From: a virus
DNA length: 64,000 nucleotides
Strand: one strand, 5' to 3'
Virus record (IMG/VR): IMGVR_UViG_3300044655_002353
Coordinates: 26,029 to 90,028 of that record
The stretch's first letter is position 1, and every line of letters begins with the position of its first letter. Position numbers and translations under genes: made by a program. The notes beneath the pieces are model-generated. The model was given only the letters and a program-made list of their open reading frames with translations, did no database searches and was not told where the DNA came from. Below are positions 57,220-64,000 of this stretch, in pieces.

Positions 57220-59220
57220 ATGAAGAATAACCTAGATTTTCTAAATGACATATTATCTGAAGTTGAAAAGGGAAGTACTTTTAGCGCTCCTAAAGACCAA
57301 AATACTGAAGCTGCTCCTAAAGACCATTTTACATTACCTAAAGGTATTTCATTTGACTCAAATTCCAAATTAACACAACGTGATGCTGCTAACCTTATCC
57401 AACAAGCACAAGATAAAGCAGAAGAAGTAGATACTATTGCTTTTGGACTTGAATTGAATGATGGAGAAATTGTTAAAGTATATGTCGCAACTCAAGATGC
57501 TGAAGCATTTGAGAAAGCAATGAGTGACTTATTAGGCAAAGAAGATGACATTGAAACTGCTATCAATGACTTAGCTGGTGAGTTTGACATTGTGTCAGTT
57601 GAATGGCCAGAAGATGACATGACTGGCGATGGCGGTTCATCATCTGATGTAGGCGATGCAGCAGATGATGCAATGGCGGGTGAAGATGGTGACGGGAATA
57701 TAGATGACTTAGCAGATAAAAAAGAAAAGAAAACTAAACTTGGTTTTGACCTAAATCAATCGAAAGAAGAAGACGAGAAAGATGATGCTAATGCTGACAA
57801 AGATGAAGATAATCTTGACGCTCCTGATGATGATAAAGATAAAGAAGAGGATGACGCATTTGGTGGATTAGATTTCGGTAATAAAGAAGACGATAATGAA
57901 GAAAAAGACGATGAAGAAGACGCATTGACATCACCTGATGATGAAGAAGAAAAAGATGGCAAAAAGAAACCTACTTCTAAAAAGAAAAAGAAACCTGTTG
58001 CCGCATCTAAAAAGAAAGGTGATGAGAAATTGGTTGATAGTATTCAACAAACTTCAACAAGTTCATGGTTATTCTCGTCATTTCTAAAAGAAGAACCTGA
58101 CTTTGGAATAGTTTCAGAAGAAAGTAAAAAAGAAGACAAAGCAGAAGAAAAGATAGAAGACTTATTCAAAACTGCAATGCAACGTAAGATTATTCGTCTT
58201 ATCATTCTTCTTGGAATGCCAGCATTGCGTTTATCTCAAGGTAAATCATTACTTCGTCATGGCGTACGAGAAGCTGCGTTAGGAATGGTGGATAACCCAA
58301 AAGGTCGTATCTTTCTACATCGTGCATTGAAAGAGTTAGAAGATATCTTAGGAACAGGTGAAGCTGAAAAAGCTGAGAAAGAACTTGCTAAAAAGAAAGA
58401 TAGCGATGAGAAAGAAAAGATTGATGAGTCTGCTGGACAAGGAACTAATGTTATGTTTGAACACATTCTTCAGCTACTTGAAGCATTGGGAGTTCCGCAT
58501 CAATTATTGCATACTCGTAAATCGATGCTAAGACAAGCATTGAAACCTACTATTGTGCATCTTATCAAACATGGTAAACTACGTAACTACATTGCAGGAT
58601 TATCTAAAGCATTGGGTATCAAACCGTTACATCATAGTGATACTGAATCACAAGAAGATGAAGAAGTAGTAAAAGAAGCAATTGACCTTGGTAATGATGC
58701 TTACTTATCATTAGTTTCAACCTTAGCGTCGTCACTTGGAATTCCTGATGAAAACTTAAACTACAAAAGATCAAATCTTATTCAATCATTACGTCAACGT
58801 AAACAACAACTTAACTTACCTGCAGTTAGAGTTCGAGCTGCAGCATTAGCAAAAGCTTTAGCAAGTAATGCAAATGCAAATGTGAATGAGGAGTTTATGT
58901 ACGAAGAAGCATCTCGTCATTTTCGAGACAATGCAGTAGACCTTGGCGCTTGGAGTATCGGTAAAACTGGCGAACGAATTCGTCTTGCAATTGATAGTCT
59001 TGAAATAAAGCTAAGTTCAACTGAAGCTAAGAACTTGCATCATGCTATTGACAATGGATTTGAAACCACTGTTCGTTCAGGTAATGAGCACTTCAATTTC
59101 AAACCAATTACTCACGGTGTTGAATATGTTGTTATACCACTTGACTCAGATAATGAATTCCATAAAGATGGTATCAAGTTAGGTAAAAAGTCGGTTGAAG
59201 CATTCTTGAACCTATGGTAA
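57220..59220 (+). CDS. Large acidic hypothetical protein (possible prohead core/scaffold-like)
   Basis: GGGGAG RBS before MKNNLDFLNDILSE; long D/E tract followed by a K tract. Confidence 0.6.
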   Translation: MKNNLDFLNDILSEVEKGSTFSAPKDQNTEAAPKDHFTLPKGISFDSNSKLTQRDAANLIQQAQDKAEEVDTIAFGLELNDGEIVKVYVATQDAEAFEKAMSDLLGKEDDIETAINDLAGEFDIVSVEWPEDDMTGDGGSSSDVGDAADDAMAGEDGDGNIDDLADKKEKKTKLGFDLNQSKEEDEKDDANADKDEDNLDAPDDDKDKEEDDAFGGLDFGNKEDDNEEKDDEEDALTSPDDEEEKDGKKKPTSKKKKKPVAASKKKGDEKLVDSIQQTSTSSWLFSSFLKEEPDFGIVSEESKKEDKAEEKIEDLFKTAMQRKIIRLIILLGMPALRLSQGKSLLRHGVREAALGMVDNPKGRIFLHRALKELEDILGTGEAEKAEKELAKKKDSDEKEKIDESAGQGTNVMFEHILQLLEALGVPHQLLHTRKSMLRQALKPTIVHLIKHGKLRNYIAGLSKALGIKPLHHSDTESQEDEEVVKEAIDLGNDAYLSLVSTLASSLGIPDENLNYKRSNLIQSLRQRKQQLNLPAVRVRAAALAKALASNANANVNEEFMYEEASRHFRDNAVDLGAWSIGKTGERIRLAIDSLEIKLSSTEAKNLHHAIDNGFETTVRSGNEHFNFKPITHGVEYVVIPLDSDNEFHKDGIKLGKKSVEAFLNLW

Positions 59221-59226
59221 TCATTC

Positions 59227-59883
59227 ATGCATACTTTTCCAAAGTTGAAACGCGTTGAAGAAAGCGGGTATCGATTATATGAAACACCGGAGGGAAACTT
59301 CTATCCCTCCATCACAACCGTCTTAGGTCATACTGTAAGTGAGGAAAAGAAAGCTATTCTAACCAGCTGGCAAAACTCATTAGGGGTTTCTAAAGCTGAT
59401 GCTTATACTAAAGCTGCTGCTTCTAAAGGAACTAACGTTCATACTATGATTGAACGTTATCTCCTGAAACAAGAACTGAATACTTCTGAGTTTTCATATG
59501 AAGATGTCAATGTATTCAATGCACTAAAGCTAAAGCTAAATCGTATTACTGATGTCATTGGATTAGAAGCACCACTTTATTCTGACTTATTAGAATTAGC
59601 TGGAACTACTGATTGTATTGGAACTTATAAAGGTATTCCATCGATTATTGACTTTAAAACTTCTTGTAGAATAAAATCTGAAAAAGATATTGCTGACTAT
59701 AAACTCCAATGTTGCTTTTATGGTGTTGCAATGAATGAAAAGTATGGGACTGATATTGACCAAGGTGTTATTCTAATGAGTTCTCAAACCGGATTTCCAC
59801 AAGAATTTACATTTAGATTATCAGCTTCACTTAATACTCTGATAGAACGAGTCGATCACTTCTATTCTAAATTAGCTAAATAG
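59227..59883 (+). CDS. PD-(D/E)XK exonuclease (Cas4/RecB-like phage exonuclease)
   Basis: YPSITTVL, GTNVH..IE, AGTTDCI, IIDFKTS, Y.LQ...Y motifs. Confidence 0.85.
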   Translation: MHTFPKLKRVEESGYRLYETPEGNFYPSITTVLGHTVSEEKKAILTSWQNSLGVSKADAYTKAAASKGTNVHTMIERYLLKQELNTSEFSYEDVNVFNALKLKLNRITDVIGLEAPLYSDLLELAGTTDCIGTYKGIPSIIDFKTSCRIKSEKDIADYKLQCCFYGVAMNEKYGTDIDQGVILMSSQTGFPQEFTFRLSASLNTLIERVDHFYSKLAK

Positions 59884-59931
59884 AGTATATCTTTTAACGA
59901 ATTGCCTCACACTTGCGGAGTTACATATACT

Positions 59932-60411
59932 ATGTTTCCTTATCTAAATCCAGAACCTACAGAAATAACTTTTTCAAATCCTATTGATAGTGTTCCAACT
60001 TCGCCATTTAGCGATGATACTGGAATTGAACAAGTTCCAACCATTGGCCCTGCACCCGTAGAACCAGAACAAATCGACATTTCCCAATATTACTTCTATG
60101 TTGGTGAAGCCCGTCAAACAAACTATGATGTTCCTACATCGGCTTATGAACCAGGTAATAATGAACCTGCTCCAATCAATAACGACTTCTTTGTTGATAT
60201 TGACATTATAGTCAATGGTCCAGGTAAGAATAGCAGAATAACTAAACGTATCAAGTTGTGCAAACAATCATTAGCTCGTGAAGCCCAATGTAAAGATGCA
60301 ATGCTAAATGCTTTAGCAACAGTTGTTGAAAATAAGACTGAACAAAAATCTCAAACTCAGCGAATGTTAGAGCTTGCGGGTATTAACCATCCAAAAAACT
60401 ACGTTCTATAA
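59932..60411 (+). CDS. Hypothetical protein
   Basis: GGAG RBS before ATG 59932; RMLELAGI C-terminal motif. Confidence 0.55.
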   Translation: MFPYLNPEPTEITFSNPIDSVPTSPFSDDTGIEQVPTIGPAPVEPEQIDISQYYFYVGEARQTNYDVPTSAYEPGNNEPAPINNDFFVDIDIIVNGPGKNSRITKRIKLCKQSLAREAQCKDAMLNALATVVENKTEQKSQTQRMLELAGINHPKNYVL

Positions 60412-60423
60412 AGAGTATTCAAC

Positions 60424-61926
60424 ATGGCAAAAACTCTCATCATATTGACGACCGAACCTGAGAACTGGGTTCCTAAAGAACTTGATAAAGTTGCACAAGA
60501 AAAAGGGTTCACTGTTCAAACTATCAACCCAGACACTTGCTTTATCTCACTAGCTCAAGACCCATTCATTGCTCATGAAGGCAAAAGATTTTCTGGAGCT
60601 GACATCGTTATACCTCGTCTTTCGGAAGATAACCTTGATTATAAGTGTGCGATTATCAATCATTTAGAAAAGATGGACATTAAGGTATTGAACACTGGTA
60701 AGTCAATGCGAATTGCTAGTAACAAAGTTGAAACTCAAATCTTACTGAATGATGCTGGTCTCAAAACTCCAAAGACTGCTGTATTCACTAATGAAGAACA
60801 AGTTGATGCTGCATTAGAAGCAATAGGTAATAAGTTTCCAGTCATTGTCAAAACTTTATTCGGAACACATGGCGTTGGTGTTGTTCGTGCAGATAGTAAA
60901 GCAAGTTTGACTTCAATCATTCAATTGCTATTGAAATCAGGTGAGCAGTTTATGTTACAAGAGTTCATTGAACATTCTGAAAGTGCTCGTGTTCTATTGT
61001 TAGATGGAAAAGTATTAGCTGCAGTTATGAGAAGTATTCCTGACGGTGACTTCCGCAGTAATGCACATCAAGGTGCTGAACTTAAAGAACATAAACCAAC
61101 TGAAGAAGAAATTGAAGCCTGTATCAAAGCGGCAGAAACTTTAGGTATTTCTTTGGCCGCAGTTGATTACATTATTGATGGTGATGATATTGTACTTCTT
61201 GAAGTTAACGGCTCTCCAGGATTTGAAGCAATGCAAAAGGTTATTGACAAACCAATCGCAGATGCTATCATTGATTACTGTAATGAAAAAGTTGGAGATG
61301 GTGGTAGTGATGAAGAGAAAGAAAAGCCTGCTGAAGAAGAAGAACCTCCAGTTGAGGAAAAGCCAGAAGAGAAAGAAGAAGAGGAACCAACTCCTGAAGT
61401 TACAGATGACAAAGTTATTGAGGTTCCAATTCATGACATTGAAGGTGATAAGATTGTTGGCTCACTTACTAAAGTTACTATCAAACATTTCAACAATGAA
61501 GAGCCGATTGAAGCTCGAGTTGATACAGGTGCAAATGTAAGCTCTATTCATGGAACGGATATTGAAGTAACCGACTCGTCTGTCAAATTTACGTTTGGCA
61601 AATCACGTTACAAGTTCCACCTTGTTCGTTCAGCAAGCATTAAGCAATCAAGTATTTCTGACGAAGACGAAAGACCAGTCATTCGTGTTGACATGGTCAT
61701 AGACGGAATTACTTTACGAAATGTTGAACTTTCTGTTACTGACCGTGAACATATGGAGTATAATATACTTTTGGGACGTAAGACATTAAGTGCTGGGGGA
61801 TTTTTAGTCAATCCTGCTGCAGGTATTCTAGACAATGGCGAAGAATCGGCACCGACGCCAGCAAAAGAAAGCAATAACGACGAAGAAGAAGACAAAGATA
61901 GTCAACAAAAGAAAGAAGAAGAATAA
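60424..61926 (+). CDS. rimK: RimK-family ATP-grasp ligase fused to a retropepsin-like (RimB-type) protease
   Basis: NK..T, PVIVK..FGTHG.GV, QEFI, FRSN.HQG, AAVD, EVNGSPG; C-terminal ARVDTGA..SSIH and DR..M.Y..LLGR. Confidence 0.85.
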   Translation: MAKTLIILTTEPENWVPKELDKVAQEKGFTVQTINPDTCFISLAQDPFIAHEGKRFSGADIVIPRLSEDNLDYKCAIINHLEKMDIKVLNTGKSMRIASNKVETQILLNDAGLKTPKTAVFTNEEQVDAALEAIGNKFPVIVKTLFGTHGVGVVRADSKASLTSIIQLLLKSGEQFMLQEFIEHSESARVLLLDGKVLAAVMRSIPDGDFRSNAHQGAELKEHKPTEEEIEACIKAAETLGISLAAVDYIIDGDDIVLLEVNGSPGFEAMQKVIDKPIADAIIDYCNEKVGDGGSDEEKEKPAEEEEPPVEEKPEEKEEEEPTPEVTDDKVIEVPIHDIEGDKIVGSLTKVTIKHFNNEEPIEARVDTGANVSSIHGTDIEVTDSSVKFTFGKSRYKFHLVRSASIKQSSISDEDERPVIRVDMVIDGITLRNVELSVTDREHMEYNILLGRKTLSAGGFLVNPAAGILDNGEESAPTPAKESNNDEEEDKDSQQKKEEE

Positions 61927-61967
61927 ATTTTTTCACATAAACATTATACTTATAAAATAAACTTAAT

Positions 61968-62624
61968 ATGATAAAATCGCCGTTTTATGTAGTCCAAGAC
62001 TTTTTGTCACCAAAGCAGTGTGAAGAATTAGTATCTCAATACCAAGTTAAGACTCCTAATACTAATTTAACCGGTGACCCAGTTAAATTAGAAAAAACAA
62101 TGGAACCTGCTAAAGGTCAAACTGTAATCATGCAAAAGTTACGTGAGCACATTCCGCTAATTGAACAGCATTATGATGCAACGTATCGCGGAACCGAGTC
62201 ATTAGTTCTTACTCATTATCCAGAGTTTGAAAAAGCTCCGGCTGAACAACCGGGATGTGAAAACTCAAAGTATATCAAACGTAAATGGTTAAAGATAAAA
62301 GATGTTGATTTGACAGGGATTATTTGGCTAAAAGAATATCATGATAGCATTCCATTAGACCCTCGTTATGAAGTATATGGTGGAAAGACAGAGTTTCCTA
62401 CTTATAACTTTTCATTAGTGCCACAACGTGGTTCTTTGATTATCTTTCCTGCTTATCCACATTTTGTTCATTGTATAAGTCCAATTTTAGTTGGTGATTT
62501 ATATCAAATAAAAGTGAATATTGCATTAAGCCATAAAAATGGTGGAATGTGGATGTATCAACCTAAAGAGTTTCAAGCCAATGGTTCTGATTTTATCGGT
62601 TCTTGGTTTAAAGATTTTTTATAA
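61968..62624 (+). CDS. 2OG-Fe(II) oxygenase-fold protein (prolyl-hydroxylase-like)
   Basis: DFLSP.QC, LTGIIWL, YGGKTEFP, PQRGSLIIFP...H.ISP...G; metal triad looks incomplete. Confidence 0.65.
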   Translation: MIKSPFYVVQDFLSPKQCEELVSQYQVKTPNTNLTGDPVKLEKTMEPAKGQTVIMQKLREHIPLIEQHYDATYRGTESLVLTHYPEFEKAPAEQPGCENSKYIKRKWLKIKDVDLTGIIWLKEYHDSIPLDPRYEVYGGKTEFPTYNFSLVPQRGSLIIFPAYPHFVHCISPILVGDLYQIKVNIALSHKNGGMWMYQPKEFQANGSDFIGSWFKDFL

Positions 62625-62692
62625 ATGAATATGATGTTAGGGGCTATAAACCCTAAATATAAAGTAAAGAAATAATATTAGGATTTATTCAA

Positions 62693-64000
62693 ATGCAAAC
62701 TAAATATCAACGACTTATTATTGAAGGATTTGAAGTAAGAAAGTGGAAGGAAGGAACGGTTAAGTTTAGCGAGTCTAAACTTACAGACCCGCACATACAA
62801 AAAATTCTAGCAGAAACTGCTAGAATTACAAATCGTTCTGTTAAAGAAATTGAAGATGATTTTAATAAAAAACTTGCAAGTTTTTCTGATATTGCTGCTA
62901 AAGCCCCCATCTTATATGGAACTATTCTAAAAAACATTATTGAAGATGAATCTTTTAAGTTGATGGAAGAACATAGTATATCTTCGCCAACTTGTCCAAA
63001 GTTCAACAGAAATATTTTTCAACAATTAGTAACGCGCGTAAAAGCCGACCATGAGCAGTTTTATCCGCTCCGCTCATTCTTAAATCATAAACGTTTATAT
63101 GATGCAGCAACTATCTTTACTGATAATCCGGATTATCCGGAGTTTGCAGATATACCTACTGCATGTGCTACTCCTAATGGCATATTTGCATTTAATGCTG
63201 TTTTTTGTCAAAGGTTAATGGAATTAGCTCACTTAAAGCAAGTTAAGCCAAAAGGCAAAAAGTATCAATGTAATGGCGGTAATTTTCCAGATGAATATTG
63301 CTATTGTGAATTTGCAATCATTCATGAATTTATGCACTATACTTATGATGATTTTCATTATCAAAAGATTATTCCTAATGCTGATCCAGATATAATCAAT
63401 TGGGTTGGAGATTTTAGAACTAATTATTTGTTAGTCAAATCAGGATATGAACAACTTCCGATGGGACTATTCAACGATAAAATCAATTATGATAGACAAA
63501 GCTCATATAAAGAAATGTATGACCTTGTTGAAAGTGAATTCAAAAAACTAAATAATGAACAGCAACAACGATTGAAAAAAGCTTTAGATGAAATGGGTGA
63601 TGATCACCAACCCGGTCAAGAAAAAGGTAAAGAAATGGATGAAGGAGGAGAGGGAGGTCAAAAAGGCAAAGGAGAAGGAGAGGGCCAGGAAGGAGAGGGG
63701 GAAGGTGAAGGCACTGGAGGTAGTGGAAATCCATGGGATAAAATTGATAAACAGAATGAAAAAACTGAAGGACAGATGAAGGATGCTAAGGATAAAGATA
63801 CTAAAGAAGCGGCTGACGATTTGCGAAAACGTGATGAAGAACGTGCAAAGCAAGCAAATGACGCGAAAAAAGGTGGAAGAGGTTCAAATAAGGGTACTTC
63901 TACCGAAATGGATTATACCAAAGTTGCTCCGAAACATGATTGGCGATCATTGTTAAGATTACTTCTTCCTAGTAATTCTGACAAAGTTGAGGAATCTCGA
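62693..64000 (+). CDS. HExxH metallopeptidase of DUF2201/VWA-associated type; runs off the window end
   Basis: Manual translation from ATG 62693 (MQTKYQRLIIE): IPTACATPNG, IIHEFMHY, INWVGDFRTN, Gly/Glu linker, DWRSLL. Confidence 0.75.
   Translation, partial: MQTKYQRLIIEGFEVRKWKEGTVKFSESKLTDPHIQKILAETARITNRSVKEIEDDFNKKLASFSDIAAKAPILYGTILKNIIEDESFKLMEEHSISSPTCPKFNRNIFQQLVTRVKADHEQFYPLRSFLNHKRLYDAATIFTDNPDYPEFADIPTACATPNGIFAFNAVFCQRLMELAHLKQVKPKGKKYQCNGGNFPDEYCYCEFAIIHEFMHYTYDDFHYQKIIPNADPDIINWVGDFRTNYLLVKSGYEQLPMGLFNDKINYDRQSSYKEMYDLVESEFKKLNNEQQQRLKKALDEMGDDHQPGQEKGKEMDEGGEGGQKGKGEGEGQEGEGEGEGTGGSGNPWDKIDKQNEKTEGQMKDAKDKDTKEAADDLRKRDEERAKQANDAKKGGRGSNKGTSTEMDYTKVAPKHDWRSLLRLLLPSNSDKVEESR

Noticed and set aside
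59227-59883. Cas4 as part of a CRISPR system
   Set aside because: It is a stand-alone PD-(D/E)XK exonuclease typical of T4-like phages, with no Fe-S cysteine set, cas neighbours or array.
2004-63853. Many short opposite-strand or nested ORFs in the track (e.g. 3032-3448, 8766-9056, 29262-29564, 44616-44906, 61163-61540, 62707-63006)
   Set aside because: They lie within well-supported longer genes, lack RBSs and read as shadow ORFs.
1-64000. tRNA genes, introns/inteins or stop-codon reassignment
   Set aside because: No cloverleaf was recognised by eye, polymerase/terminase/helicase are uninterrupted and of normal size, and genes are dense in code 11 with TAA, TAG and TGA all used as stops.

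Overview
AT-rich segment of a large T4-like/jumbo myovirus genome, read in the standard genetic code. It holds a rearranged virion/packaging region: tail sheath, gp15/gp14/gp13-like neck genes on the minus strand, and tail tube, gp4-like head completion protein, small and large terminase on the plus strand. The replication module has DsbA-like protein, family-B DNA polymerase, sliding clamp, RNase H, primase, helicase and a PD-(D/E)XK nuclease. Accessory enzymes include Thg1, a lytic transglycosylase, an L,D-transpeptidase, a RimK-protease fusion and a 2OG-Fe(II)-like protein. The outstanding feature is a family of 29 co-oriented paralogous genes: tandem arrays of 13 (12799-21623) and 14 (25294-35228), plus 2 orphans. 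Most start with a T4-internal-protein-like N-terminal tag (MKIxEL(F/L)xE or MQSFKxYLxE). Each has a hypervariable, often LRR-like body and a near-invariant C-terminus (IACQRELIExDLDEYAEF/L). The ~55-60 bp DNA encoding this C-terminus also carries the start codon of the next gene, so the arrays look like a shufflable cassette repertoire of head-packaged proteins. Also notable are an island of exported proteins including an exosortase-type VPxP-CTERM protein, two candidate structured ncRNAs, promoters embedded in hairpins and an iteron-like repeat region after terL. All product calls come from motif recognition by eye, with no database search.
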